Source: a virus (lineage: Duplodnaviria; Caudoviricetes). Taken from it: 64,000 bases of DNA. Position numbers and translations under genes: made by a program. The notes beneath the pieces are model-generated. The model did not search any database. It was not told where the DNA came from and saw only the letters and a list, made by a program, of their open reading frames with translations. The stretch's first letter is position 1; each line of letters begins with the position of its first letter. This document shows positions 25,441-36,490 of the stretch, in pieces. The stretch covers positions 32,001 to 96,000 of IMG/VR virus record IMGVR_UViG_3300031994_000043; one strand, 5' to 3'.

Positions 25441-26208
25441 TTATACCTTAACTTGTATGTTACCCAAACAATGCGGTGCTCCACAAATCAAGCACGATGG
25501 CAAGTTGTTTACAAGTTGTTTTGCTAAATTGTTTCCCAATGTAATTTGACCTGTAGTTGCTTGTATATCAACATTACCGAAAGCACTAACAGTAGTATTT
25601 CCCATTGAGTTAATCGTAACATCGCCACTTACATTTACATTCAATGGTGCTGGACCAGCACTATAAATGCTAGTTTGTATATCTATACTTCCATCTGGGT
25701 TAATTCTTGTTACAGCACCTGTGTGGTGAGTGAAAGCAATCTCACCTGTCTTACGATTCATAACAAGATAATCTCTCTGGTCGGTTTGGAACAATACCAT
25801 TGTCTGTGGATAGTCTTCAGTTCTTAAAAACCAATCCTTTGGGTTATATTTCAAATCTGAATATGAAGCATTAAATGCGACAGAAGTATATACTGGTTTA
25901 CTATCGTCACCGTTATCAAAGTAACCACGAACAATCGTGTTCAATTCAGGAATAACGAAATTACCTTTAGTTGAAGCCATAGAAGGGATATCTGGGATAG
26001 CCCAAGGAATGTTAGTTGTGGCTAAATCGTCATAATAACCATAGATTTTAATCTGACATCTACCTAATTGGTCTGGGTCATTGTTGTTAATGACAATACC
26101 AGTCCAGTGGTTGTTATCAGGTGTGTCTTTCTTTGGTACAATTTGGTCAGTAGCAATACTCTGTGTATTACCACCCATCAGTTGTCTAAATTGTTCTATA
26201 TCATTCAT
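25441..26208 (-). CDS. baseplate central spike (gp5/Vgr OB-fold), no lysozyme domain
   Basis: WTGIVINNNDPDQLGRCQI...IPWA...PELNTIVRGYFDNGD; beta-repeat C-terminus. Confidence 0.8.
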   Translation of the reverse strand: MNDIEQFRQLMGGNTQSIATDQIVPKKDTPDNNHWTGIVINNNDPDQLGRCQIKIYGYYDDLATTNIPWAIPDIPSMASTKGNFVIPELNTIVRGYFDNGDDSKPVYTSVAFNASYSDLKYNPKDWFLRTEDYPQTMVLFQTDQRDYLVMNRKTGEIAFTHHTGAVTRINPDGSIDIQTSIYSAGPAPLNVNVSGDVTINSMGNTTVSAFGNVDIQATTGQITLGNNLAKQLVNNLPSCLICGAPHCLGNIQVKV

Positions 26209-26216
26209 AATCTCAC

Positions 26217-27668
26217 CTATTTCTTTTTAGCCTTTTCTTCTTGTTCTTCCAAAATACCCATTCCATAAGTACCATCTGTAACACATTTGACTTCCATTGT
26301 GTAAGACTGGAATGCTTTGAAATGGTGCGATATACCAGCAATAATATAATTACCAGTATGGATTTTATCAACCGCATCTGCAGTAGAGAAATCCATATTT
26401 ATTTTGTCACCGAGTACAGGGCGACATTTAGCTGTTTGGTATTCCTTTGGAAGTCTATGAACATCAACAGTCATATTTATAAAGTTTTGAAAGAACGAAC
26501 GTCTAATCATTTCATTATGAACTGGTGCTATATCGTAGTGGTCATGATACTCTTTGAAGTATACGCCAGCGTCAATGTTCTTTGTTAATCTATCTAATTG
26601 AGAAGCAGCTTTGTTACTTCTACTTGCGATATACGGGTCATCTTGCTGATAAACGGCTTCTCTAAATTTTCCTATTGTTTTCTTGTCAGCAATTTGTGCG
26701 TCCACAATGCTAGTAGGGTCTAGGTTTCCTTGTGATGCCAAATCCTTCAACAATTCAACAACGTCTATATCTTTTGGTGTAATATCCAAATCAAACAAAG
26801 ACAATGCGTTATAAGGTGTGTAGTAATTAGCACGAACCTTATAACCACCCTGGTTTAGAATAGGGCCAGCTGCGTGTAAGAATTGTACTGAAGTAAATGG
26901 GTATTCCAAATCTTCTTTCTGTGTACTAGAACCTTGTAGACTTTCAATATAGTTTTTGACATTGGTAAATGTGCAGAGTTTCTTTTGTTGTGCTATTGTC
27001 TTGATAGAAGTATAAATCGTTTCACCATTCAAGTTCGTATAAATTATCGGAGCATCATCTTCGTCAATCCAAGCGTGTTCAACAATCTTCTCAATGAACT
27101 GTGCTCTTGTTTTGCGACAATTCAACCACAATCCTTTATCACTACCATCTATTTTCTTTGTTAGTTTCAATGTTGTATCGTCTAAAACTTCTTGAATAGC
27201 CTCGTCACTTCTTTTTGTGTTTTGGAATAATAAAGAATCAGGAGTTGTCTTTGGGTATGAAGCAACTTCATTCAAATAACTTTGAGCATCGTAAATGCCA
27301 ATAATTACATACTGATAGTTGGAACCTTCAATAGTAGGGATACACGATACGTTCTGTATCGTATATACTGAATCAACATAAGGTGTTGGGTCTTCGCCTT
27401 CATTCGCAACAATAGGTGTTACGATAAAATAAATTCTATCACCATTCTTTAGGTTGTAACCAGAGAAATATGAACCTTGGTCTTCAATTTCTATACGGAT
27501 AGTTGGTAACAAACTAAAAATGTTTTCTTCAATTACAATTTCTTTAATGCCTTGTGAAGAAATCAAACGGCCTTCTTTAGGGTCATTTATTCTAATGATA
27601 TAGCTTTCATAGCTGTTATCATAGGTTTTGGTATTACCGAGCAGGGTGGTTTCATTTGAAATAGACAT
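26217..27668 (-). CDS. baseplate hub protein (gp27-like)
   Basis: Upstream of the spike gene; IEENIFS...GDKINMDF...TGNYIIAGISHHF. Confidence 0.6.
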   Translation of the reverse strand: MSISNETTLLGNTKTYDNSYESYIIRINDPKEGRLISSQGIKEIVIEENIFSLLPTIRIEIEDQGSYFSGYNLKNGDRIYFIVTPIVANEGEDPTPYVDSVYTIQNVSCIPTIEGSNYQYVIIGIYDAQSYLNEVASYPKTTPDSLLFQNTKRSDEAIQEVLDDTTLKLTKKIDGSDKGLWLNCRKTRAQFIEKIVEHAWIDEDDAPIIYTNLNGETIYTSIKTIAQQKKLCTFTNVKNYIESLQGSSTQKEDLEYPFTSVQFLHAAGPILNQGGYKVRANYYTPYNALSLFDLDITPKDIDVVELLKDLASQGNLDPTSIVDAQIADKKTIGKFREAVYQQDDPYIASRSNKAASQLDRLTKNIDAGVYFKEYHDHYDIAPVHNEMIRRSFFQNFINMTVDVHRLPKEYQTAKCRPVLGDKINMDFSTADAVDKIHTGNYIIAGISHHFKAFQSYTMEVKCVTDGTYGMGILEEQEEKAKKK

Positions 27669-27671
27669 CTA

Positions 27672-28622
27672 TTACCCCGCTTTTAATGTGAATGTGATAC
27701 CGCGATTACCTGTTGTCCAGCCATTTACTTTGAAATTGTTTCTGATGATTTCGTATGATTGTTTGAGTGACTTAGGCGCCTCAAATCCGGCAAATACTTT
27801 GTCATTTATAGCAAATAAGAAGTTTGCTTTCTGTATTTTTAAGTAAGCATACAAATGGGCAGCTGCTACCAAGTTCAACAAAAGATTTTCTTTTTCGTCT
27901 TCAGGAGCATCCACGATTTTTGTATTAAACAATTCAAGCATTTCTTCTGCTAAATGATTACTCTTGTTGTGGTTATTCTGTAACAACAACATAACCTTCT
28001 TTCTTTGGTCTTTGTTATCTTCCATTTTCTCTTGAAGGTCTTCAGCACAATCCATAGTGAAATCATTGTAGTCTGGGTTCGTTCCAAATAAGTTATAAAT
28101 GGAGAACATCAAACTTTTATTCATCTGGTCAAAACCTTTCAAACCACCGATAGCTGAATGAGTACCTTTAACTTCTATTCGGCGCCCTTCATCATTAATC
28201 AAGTCACCACTTTCTTGTGAGAAGTTAATGTTCTTAAAACAAGATACAAGGAGAAATTCACCCTTTCCGATAGCAGGTTGTGGGGTAGTTACTTTCAAAG
28301 CATCTTCAACATATTCAGGTTTCAAATACGAATCCAACTTAGCTTTCTTTAGGAAGGAAACTAATTTAATTGGACCGAAATTTTGGAATGTGAATTTGTT
28401 TGCGTTAAGTTGTTCAAACAAGTCTTCAGGTTTAGCAATTAAATGACGTTCAAGCAAATCTTTATGCTTCTTTGCCATTTCGGAGTGTTTACCAGATTTG
28501 TTGTCTGACCAAAAAGACTTTAGGTATTTCTCTAATGCGGAAGTATCTATAAGGTTTCCAACATTAACATTACCTAAACTCTTTAAATTTCCATTTTGGT
28601 CTTTTGTATAAATCTCAGGCAT
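27672..28622 (-). CDS. putative PD-(D/E)xK nuclease-like protein
   Basis: GKGEFLL...SGDL...IEVKG. Confidence 0.45.
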   Translation of the reverse strand: MPEIYTKDQNGNLKSLGNVNVGNLIDTSALEKYLKSFWSDNKSGKHSEMAKKHKDLLERHLIAKPEDLFEQLNANKFTFQNFGPIKLVSFLKKAKLDSYLKPEYVEDALKVTTPQPAIGKGEFLLVSCFKNINFSQESGDLINDEGRRIEVKGTHSAIGGLKGFDQMNKSLMFSIYNLFGTNPDYNDFTMDCAEDLQEKMEDNKDQRKKVMLLLQNNHNKSNHLAEEMLELFNTKIVDAPEDEKENLLLNLVAAAHLYAYLKIQKANFLFAINDKVFAGFEAPKSLKQSYEIIRNNFKVNGWTTGNRGITFTLKAG

Positions 28623-28625
28623 ACA

Positions 28626-31517
28626 TTATTTATTATAATCAAAATTCAATACACCACCACAGCCATGTGAGCCGTCATCCATATATTCAACTTTAATACA
28701 ATGCCCTGGTTCAATTATTTTAGTTGTAGTTAATCTACTCTTATCTTGTCCAAGTACTCTGTATGCATTAAATAACAAATCGTGGTCTGGATTTTCATTT
28801 ACAACATAGAATGTATATAAACTTGTACTATTACCTAATTCGTGTTTAGGTATTGTATAATTGAATTTCTTGAAATATGAAATTATATCATCTATTGTAA
28901 TATCGTATCTAATTGCTCCACGATATGTAATACCAGATGTAGAATAAACGAATGTTCTAGGTAGATTTGATAATTTTCTATCTATATCATTGAAGTTACT
29001 AAAATTATAATTAACCTTTTTATAGTTTTCGTTTATCAAATTATCCAATGATTTGAAGGTCAATTTATATACATCATTAGAACTTCTCTTTAATGGAACG
29101 AATAGACCTTTAGTTGTATAAATTGCATTATGTAAGTTATACTTGTTCAATGAAGCAATCAATCTACTAGCACCACCAGTTTTTGTGTATGCGTATTTCT
29201 GTGTAACAGGTGTATTACCTCTTACAGCAAACATTCCAGGGAAATGCCAAATAGAAGTTTTCAAAAAGTCTGGGTCTTTATCGTTACAATCGTTATGGAC
29301 TAACTGATATGAATCCTTTTCAACGGAGAACAAATTAAGTCTTACACAATCATTTGAATAATCTGTTTTAATTGAAGCATATTCAGCAGGTGAATGACCT
29401 TTAACAGCATTGTTTGTTTTAATTCTACCATTACCTACAACAACAATCTTATTGAGTGAGAAGTCACCTTCATCAGATGTTAATGTGTTATATGATACAT
29501 TGTTATCTTGTGTGTGGTTGAAGTAGTATTTGTATAGACCAGCAGAATTAGCAGATGCAGAGAATGAAGTATCGTAATAAGAAGAATATACACCAGAATA
29601 TACGCTTCCATTATTGACATATTTTGTCAAAGCATTCTGTTCTTCATCACCTGGTTCATCTTTAAAAATCTTAACACCTAAACCTGTTAAGCAATCGTAA
29701 GAGTTGTAATTCCCAAATACAACAGAATAGTTGTTATTTATTTGTGGCTTATCAGGGTGTGAATAATAGAAGTAATACTTCTTATTTGTTTTATCGTAAC
29801 CAATTTGTTCTTTTGTATGATAGAAGTATTCGTTACTTGGATAACGGGTTACAGACAAACCATTAAAACCAATTAATGCTTCGTGACCTAAATTGAAATT
29901 TTTATCAAATGTTTCTGTCTCAGCACCATAATTCAAAGTCATTTGAGTTTTAGAAGAATCAAATGAAGTTATTTCTTCTTCCGAATCTTTCTCTATATTA
30001 TAAATTTGTGTTACAGTAGCAAATAAAGAGTTAGTCTTGTCAAACTCAGGAAGATTTTTAGCTGATGCAACATAATAAGTACTGTTTGTATTATTACCAA
30101 TGAATGTAACATTACTAGCTGTTACCTTTTGATATTTAATATCAGTACTATAAAGTTTGTCTACACCAATCATTACATTGTTATTGAATACAGTATTTCT
30201 ATAAGTTGGTTCTGTTTGACCTGGGTCATATTCTTTAGCACCATAATCAAACAAATTATTGTTTGCGTTGATTAAAGTACTGTCACCAAAACAGAAACCT
30301 AATGAGTTATTGTTAGACTCAATTAACAAGTTATTACTGTTATTACCACTGAATGAGTTATTACTAGAACGATACAATCCAACATTTTCTACAGGATAGT
30401 GTCTTGTTCCTAATGTGTTGTTTTTGTTAATAAATTCAAATGTAGAATAAGTACCATCAGTATATTTACTGTTGTGTGAATCAAACTTGAAGAAACTATT
30501 ATTAGCTGACACCAAGCTATAATCAAACAAATTAAATCGTTTGACTTTCTTTTTGATACATCTCTTATTTTCTTCGTCAATATCTTCAGGAAGAATATCA
30601 ACCTGAACATTTCTGTTACCAGTATTTTGGTTTAATGCGAAGAATCTTTTTTGAGCATTGTATTGTAAATTGACAGCATTGGTAATGAACTTGTTGTTTT
30701 CTAATTTACCATAAGACCATTGAATGTGTGGCTTAGTAATGTTTTTGTTCGCATTATCTACACCAACAAATACTCTTGGCTTTACATTCCAAGGAACATT
30801 TACTTTATTTGTTTTATCTTGTAAAACTAAATCGTATGGTTTTTGAACAACATTTGTATTGCCAGTTTCTGTGTCAAACTGGATAATGTTAATTTCTTCG
30901 CTGAAATCGTTATTTCTTGAATCTGGAGTTAGTGTATAGTTATCTACCATTTGGACTGTTGTTAAGTCCTTCATAGTTTCTTTTTCAACAAATTCATTAA
31001 ATTCAACATCTACAACACAAAGTTCTGTGTTGATTTTATCAGTATCTTTATCAGTGAATGTGACTTTAAATACAATCTTTTTAGACTGATTTTCGTCCAA
31101 ATTAACATCTTCAATGATAGCGGCCAAATATGACTTACGCATATCAGTATGATATATTGTAGATTCTTGATAAAGCTCACCAATTATAAGGATATTAAAA
31201 TTTGTTTCAGTTGTTTGACTTTTGTTTACTTCAAGTTCATATTTACCAAATCTAAAAGCCATTTGTGGGATTTTTTCATTGGTTACATAAGTACCTTCCA
31301 ATGCTGGAATGTAATTTAATTCATAAAGATTATCTGTTAATTCACTAACAGTTTCAACTGTAGCCCTACATTTAACTTTATCCAAATCTATATCTGATAG
31401 AGTTTTCAAATCTGAAACATTACCTGTATAAATGGCATAACCTTTAAGGTTTAATTTAATGCCATTGTTAGCGTGGATAATATGTTCAATACATTTATCT
31501 GTAAATTTCAATTCCAT
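28626..31517 (-). CDS. putative tail fibre/baseplate-associated protein
   Basis: 963 aa, Asn/Ser-rich beta-helix-like repeats, tail module. Confidence 0.55.
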   Translation of the reverse strand: MELKFTDKCIEHIIHANNGIKLNLKGYAIYTGNVSDLKTLSDIDLDKVKCRATVETVSELTDNLYELNYIPALEGTYVTNEKIPQMAFRFGKYELEVNKSQTTETNFNILIIGELYQESTIYHTDMRKSYLAAIIEDVNLDENQSKKIVFKVTFTDKDTDKINTELCVVDVEFNEFVEKETMKDLTTVQMVDNYTLTPDSRNNDFSEEINIIQFDTETGNTNVVQKPYDLVLQDKTNKVNVPWNVKPRVFVGVDNANKNITKPHIQWSYGKLENNKFITNAVNLQYNAQKRFFALNQNTGNRNVQVDILPEDIDEENKRCIKKKVKRFNLFDYSLVSANNSFFKFDSHNSKYTDGTYSTFEFINKNNTLGTRHYPVENVGLYRSSNNSFSGNNSNNLLIESNNNSLGFCFGDSTLINANNNLFDYGAKEYDPGQTEPTYRNTVFNNNVMIGVDKLYSTDIKYQKVTASNVTFIGNNTNSTYYVASAKNLPEFDKTNSLFATVTQIYNIEKDSEEEITSFDSSKTQMTLNYGAETETFDKNFNLGHEALIGFNGLSVTRYPSNEYFYHTKEQIGYDKTNKKYYFYYSHPDKPQINNNYSVVFGNYNSYDCLTGLGVKIFKDEPGDEEQNALTKYVNNGSVYSGVYSSYYDTSFSASANSAGLYKYYFNHTQDNNVSYNTLTSDEGDFSLNKIVVVGNGRIKTNNAVKGHSPAEYASIKTDYSNDCVRLNLFSVEKDSYQLVHNDCNDKDPDFLKTSIWHFPGMFAVRGNTPVTQKYAYTKTGGASRLIASLNKYNLHNAIYTTKGLFVPLKRSSNDVYKLTFKSLDNLINENYKKVNYNFSNFNDIDRKLSNLPRTFVYSTSGITYRGAIRYDITIDDIISYFKKFNYTIPKHELGNSTSLYTFYVVNENPDHDLLFNAYRVLGQDKSRLTTTKIIEPGHCIKVEYMDDGSHGCGGVLNFDYNK

Positions 31518-31521
31518 TTTA

Positions 31522-33951
31522 TTATTCCACTATTGTTATACCATCCAAAGTATTATCTGTCAATACCTGTGAATACTTAATAAATTGTTTAGATTCGTAA
31601 GGTTTAATTGTGATTTTAGCACTTGTGTCTGTACTAGCAGTATGGTTCTTTCTACGAAGCCAATAGATTACATTTAATGGTAATGAATCATTTTTAACGG
31701 GGACATAAGTCAAAGTGAATACAGTATTATTAGTATAGGAATTTGTAGTTGTATTCAAAATCGTTTTATTTTCTGTTTCAGAGTATGTTGAGATGACATC
31801 GTTAGGTACATTCAAATAAGCAGAGAATTGAACATTATCAGTAGAGTTTTTCTTATTAGAAACATTCAAGAATTGTGTAGGCGTTATGTTATCTATAAGT
31901 CCTTGAATTTCTGTAATCTTTGAGTTCAATTCTTCTTTACCCATATTATATGCTTGGTCTGAATTTAGTACATCATACATTGTGTTAAATGGCAATTCAT
32001 AAGTAACAGTAGAATTATTACCATTAGCACTGTAAGCAGTAATACCACTAAATCCATATCTAGCGGAATTATGAGTGTCATAATCGGAAATAGTAATATA
32101 ACCATCTTTATTGACCGTGAAAATGTTGTGTCTATAAAAGTTAGAGTCTTTAGCTGTAGAACCAGTACCACTAATTGTTTTCATTAACTTTTCAAATGCG
32201 GTTAAATTAGTGTTCCAATCTGGTATAGCAGAAACTTGACCTTTAAGCCATTTCTTATTCATTCTACCATCACCGACTACAAGGATTTCATTTGGGTCGG
32301 TTGTATTTTGGTTGTAATAACCTAAAAGAATTTTATCGCTTTCACCACCATTTTGAATTAAACCTTCACCAATACCGATAATGTTACCAGTAGGAGCATT
32401 AACCCAACCGAATGTATTACCAATCATTGTAAGACTGTCACCACTTTCTGTTAAGTTGTATAAACCACTGAATGAGTTAATAAAGGTTGAATTTGGTTTA
32501 TGGTAGTTGTCTACGTCATCTGGACAATAACATTTACCTTTCAAATAGTTTCCATTTGAATTAACAAAAGTACAATTTTTAAGAACACCCTTTTTATATG
32601 CTGTCACTGTCTTATTATTGGCATTAACATAAGAATATGGTGAGCACTGAGCAAGAACTGTGTTATTGTTAGAGTTATAGAAAGAAATTTGAGAAGCAGA
32701 CGATTCAACCTTATTAATGAATTGTGTGTTAATTGAGTTGAAATTAGAGTTAATAAAGTTTAATTGGTTTATTTTATCGTCATTAATTTCATTATAGTCG
32801 GAATGGATGAAACTGTTGTTGTAACAATCATCAGCAATTTTGTTACCACGGGAATAAATGAAACTATTACCAAATGTTCCAGTAACGGCTGTGTGATAAA
32901 TGTTATGGTCGCCAAATAATTCAAAGTTTATTTTCTGTCTACTTGCTCCTGTAACTTCGGAGATAGTGAAATAACCTGCAGATACACCAGATGTGTATTT
33001 TATATTTAAGCGGTCACCATTCCAAGTTTTGTTAGTGCCTGTAGTAGTTTGAGCAAGTGTTATTTGTGGAACAGTAGCACTTACTTCATCATTCGTTTCT
33101 GACATTATATTTAATTTAGCGAATGAGTCATAAGATGCAGGCATTTCTAAATTAGAAATAACCAAATCGTTTATTGTTCCAGCTGCGCTTCTATTATTAT
33201 CTACATTAGTTTGTCCATCATTAACCTTTGTTAGCCCAAAAGTATTTCTCATTTGAACATTTTTGTCTTCAATAGGTCTGTTCAATGAATCTACATAGGT
33301 TGTGTCAAAAGTTGACAAATCAATTTGGTCTTTTAAAGTAATGTTTATTGCTGTATTAAATTCAACTGTAGAAGGTTGGTTATGAACAATCTGTAATTTT
33401 TCTGTATCACTCTTAAAATAAACTATTGCTAATACAACATTGGTTTGTTCTTCAATAATTCCGCCTATACTAGATTCAACTAACTCTGGTTTATATGGAA
33501 CACCAATAAGGGCGATACCATCAAAATTCAAATCATCAGAACTGTTGTTATCAATGTTCAATGAATTTGTTTTTAATGAAATGTTATAAGAGAAGGAGTT
33601 TTCACCTTCTTCACCTTCATACGAAATACCAACATCAAGCAAATAGTTATGAGTAACTAAAGCATTATTATATTGATTATAATTCTTAGGTGTATAAATG
33701 CCAGCTTCGTAAGTATAACCAATACCAGTAAAGATTAATTGTGTATAACTTTCTAATTGTTTGAAAGTCAAATTATTTAAAATTGTTTCATTTTCCAATC
33801 TCAAAGCATTTAACAAAGATTTATTTTTGTCGGAAAATAAAACAGCACCTACTTTTGCAAATTGAATACCATTAGCTTGTTTAACAAAGGTTGTTCTACC
33901 TTCATTAGTAAAGAAACATTCTACGTCGTTATAATATACACCATTTGTCAT
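31522..33951 (-). CDS. putative tail fibre/baseplate-associated protein, paralogue of the downstream gene
   Basis: Shared motifs FT..(A)NGI, SxxNxI repeats, G.YN...VVG(D/N)GR...N(I/L)F(T/S)V. Confidence 0.55.
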   Translation of the reverse strand: MTNGVYYNDVECFFTNEGRTTFVKQANGIQFAKVGAVLFSDKNKSLLNALRLENETILNNLTFKQLESYTQLIFTGIGYTYEAGIYTPKNYNQYNNALVTHNYLLDVGISYEGEEGENSFSYNISLKTNSLNIDNNSSDDLNFDGIALIGVPYKPELVESSIGGIIEEQTNVVLAIVYFKSDTEKLQIVHNQPSTVEFNTAINITLKDQIDLSTFDTTYVDSLNRPIEDKNVQMRNTFGLTKVNDGQTNVDNNRSAAGTINDLVISNLEMPASYDSFAKLNIMSETNDEVSATVPQITLAQTTTGTNKTWNGDRLNIKYTSGVSAGYFTISEVTGASRQKINFELFGDHNIYHTAVTGTFGNSFIYSRGNKIADDCYNNSFIHSDYNEINDDKINQLNFINSNFNSINTQFINKVESSASQISFYNSNNNTVLAQCSPYSYVNANNKTVTAYKKGVLKNCTFVNSNGNYLKGKCYCPDDVDNYHKPNSTFINSFSGLYNLTESGDSLTMIGNTFGWVNAPTGNIIGIGEGLIQNGGESDKILLGYYNQNTTDPNEILVVGDGRMNKKWLKGQVSAIPDWNTNLTAFEKLMKTISGTGSTAKDSNFYRHNIFTVNKDGYITISDYDTHNSARYGFSGITAYSANGNNSTVTYELPFNTMYDVLNSDQAYNMGKEELNSKITEIQGLIDNITPTQFLNVSNKKNSTDNVQFSAYLNVPNDVISTYSETENKTILNTTTNSYTNNTVFTLTYVPVKNDSLPLNVIYWLRRKNHTASTDTSAKITIKPYESKQFIKYSQVLTDNTLDGITIVE

Positions 33952-33958
33952 ATTCTAT

Positions 33959-36490
33959 TTATATCTCGCATTTAGCATACTCGGTACCAGGTATCAAAGT
34001 AAAACTTGTTGTAATTGTAGCCGATTTACCTTCAGGTTCTGTTTTAGAAGCATCGGCAATAATTTCATCCAAATTAAGAAAATCAATTAATGTTTTAGCA
34101 ACTGTTCGGTCACTCTTCTTCAAACTCAAATAGAAGCCACCAGCACTTAACATTGACTCAAATTGAGTAAATGTAAATTCTTGTTCTATTTCATCTTTGG
34201 TTACTTTAAATGTTACACCATTGTTTGTGTATTTTAAGAACTCACCGATTTCGTTAAAGATTTCTGTTGGAGCAGGAAGAGCTTCATTTCCACTGGTTAC
34301 AGTACATTCAGGTGTGTAATTCAAACCAAATATATTAACATAACCTGTTTTTGGATTGACATCACAAAGATGTTTCATTACATAAGTATCTTCCAAGTGG
34401 TCTTTGTCTAGTGTCCAAGTTAAATTATATGTAACAACTTTATCGTCACTTACTTCATCAAGTTTGTAAACCAAATTAATATCTTTTGGAAGTGTAATTG
34501 TATACTTGATAGAATTTAAAATCTTTGTAATTGGTTTGATACTCTTAATCAAATCAATAAACATTTCAATGTTATCACAGAATGTTTTGAATGTATTATT
34601 TGTACCTTCCAAATTTAAGTTGAAACGAGAAGTCATAAAATAATCATTTGTAGTGTACATACCAGTTTCTTCAATAAAGTCAGGGTTTGTTTCAATTTCA
34701 TTTACACGTCTTACCCAAATGTTAATTACTCTACAAGAGAAACCAAACATCTTAATTGCCATTTCAATACCAGTGTTAGTTCCTTTATATCTGTTATATG
34801 CTGGTAATTGTTCAAGAACATACTTGATTATTTCAAATGTTTCTTTAGTATCTCTTGTGGTGAAACCTTCACCATTCTGTATTAAGTTAACTTCTTGTAA
34901 TGACTGAACGTCAAAATCAAATTCATTACCGAATTCTTTAGCATAATGATAAACTAATGTATCTTCAATTCTTGATATATCATTGAAATTAGCAATTCTA
35001 GCAATCTTTTCAAGACCAGATATATTTCTATTGCTATCCAATCCCTTATACATTGTGTTAATGTATAGTTGGAAGAATTCCATAAAGTCCGCAAATTCTG
35101 TTCCGTGTAGATACTTAGGAACATAAGGAGTGATATGGTATTTTCTACCTTCGTCACCATACACCCAAGGACCACATATAGCTGTGTTATATGTTCGTTC
35201 TTTAATGAGTTCGTCAATTTCAGGGAATCCTGTTTCTACCCATGCTTCAACTTCAACATTACCACTTTCTGTTAAACTTGATATTATGAATTTAGACAAA
35301 CCATCAAGTGGGTTGTGTTCCAAATTACTTTCAATAGCATTTTTATCTATGGCGCCGATAGACTCTTCAGTCAAACCAAACACATTTTCGTATTCCCAAA
35401 GAACTTCATTTGGGTCTTGAACAGTAGTAATAATTTTACCTTCAACACCATCTTCAAGGAAATAATTGTTTGGTTCAATATCTACGAACTTAATAATGAC
35501 AGGAACTAATTTGTTCAAATCGTCAATCGCAAGTGTCTTAAATGCTCTTTTGAATTTGTATACTGAATAGTTACCTGCAATATCCCAAACAATCAAAGAT
35601 ATATCAGAGTTATCACCATTGTTCAATATATCAAGGATATTACCTTTTTCGTGATAACCTGTATTATCTTTAGTTGCCCATTTTTCGTGGAGAGTAAATT
35701 TGACTTGATACTGTCCTGACTTTGTAGCATTAAACTTAATGTTATCTACATATTCTTGTTTAGCTGGTTTGGCTAATTTTCTATCAAAATAATAGATTAT
35801 ATCAGGGTCAGTTGGAATAAAATCTTCATTATAAGCACTAAAATTACCCCAATCAGGAATATCATCCCCTTTAACAAGTGCAATTTGTCTGCAATCCAAA
35901 CCAATTTCGTCTTTAAATTCTACAACAATATCTCTTAATGAATTAGTATAGTATAAGTCGCCCTTCTTTACACTATCTTCAAAATTACATTCCAATGCCA
36001 AGTATTCAGTACCATAATCACTAACAAATGCAGGTGGAATAGGGTCAATAGTTACATTCTGTACTGTATTAGTGATACGAATAAAATTATTATCACCTGG
36101 TCTTAAATATCTTGTTTTGTTGTATGGGTGACCTTCATCCCAAGTATCAGTAACACCATTTGGTCCTTGCCCTGTTTTACCTTCAGGATCCTTTTCATCT
36201 TCAGTTTTATCAGTAGCGATATCTGGTTCAGGTTCAACTGCTTGATACTCAAATACAGGATGATTAGGGTCCCAGGTGTATTCGTCATATCTTCTTAACT
36301 CATTAGCGTCGCCATTAAAATACCAAGTAGTATTGTTCCCATCACCACCACCCGGCATTTCAGGACGTAGAAAGATAGTGTTTGGGTCATCTTGATTATG
36401 AAAATCCCAGCGATAGTCCCAGGTGGCATCTTGTCTTCGTACAGATGAATTTATTATGGTTTCGCTATGTTTTAACATTATCCCTCCCAC
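33959..36490 (-). CDS. baseplate wedge protein (gp7/P2 gpI-like C-terminal domain)
   Basis: LPAYNRYKGTNTGIEMAIKMFG...IKSIKPI. Confidence 0.6.
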   Translation of the reverse strand: MGGIMLKHSETIINSSVRRQDATWDYRWDFHNQDDPNTIFLRPEMPGGGDGNNTTWYFNGDANELRRYDEYTWDPNHPVFEYQAVEPEPDIATDKTEDEKDPEGKTGQGPNGVTDTWDEGHPYNKTRYLRPGDNNFIRITNTVQNVTIDPIPPAFVSDYGTEYLALECNFEDSVKKGDLYYTNSLRDIVVEFKDEIGLDCRQIALVKGDDIPDWGNFSAYNEDFIPTDPDIIYYFDRKLAKPAKQEYVDNIKFNATKSGQYQVKFTLHEKWATKDNTGYHEKGNILDILNNGDNSDISLIVWDIAGNYSVYKFKRAFKTLAIDDLNKLVPVIIKFVDIEPNNYFLEDGVEGKIITTVQDPNEVLWEYENVFGLTEESIGAIDKNAIESNLEHNPLDGLSKFIISSLTESGNVEVEAWVETGFPEIDELIKERTYNTAICGPWVYGDEGRKYHITPYVPKYLHGTEFADFMEFFQLYINTMYKGLDSNRNISGLEKIARIANFNDISRIEDTLVYHYAKEFGNEFDFDVQSLQEVNLIQNGEGFTTRDTKETFEIIKYVLEQLPAYNRYKGTNTGIEMAIKMFGFSCRVINIWVRRVNEIETNPDFIEETGMYTTNDYFMTSRFNLNLEGTNNTFKTFCDNIEMFIDLIKSIKPITKILNSIKYTITLPKDINLVYKLDEVSDDKVVTYNLTWTLDKDHLEDTYVMKHLCDVNPKTGYVNIFGLNYTPECTVTSGNEALPAPTEIFNEIGEFLKYTNNGVTFKVTKDEIEQEFTFTQFESMLSAGGFYLSLKKSDRTVAKTLIDFLNLDEIIADASKTEPEGKSATITTSFTLIPGTEYAKCEI

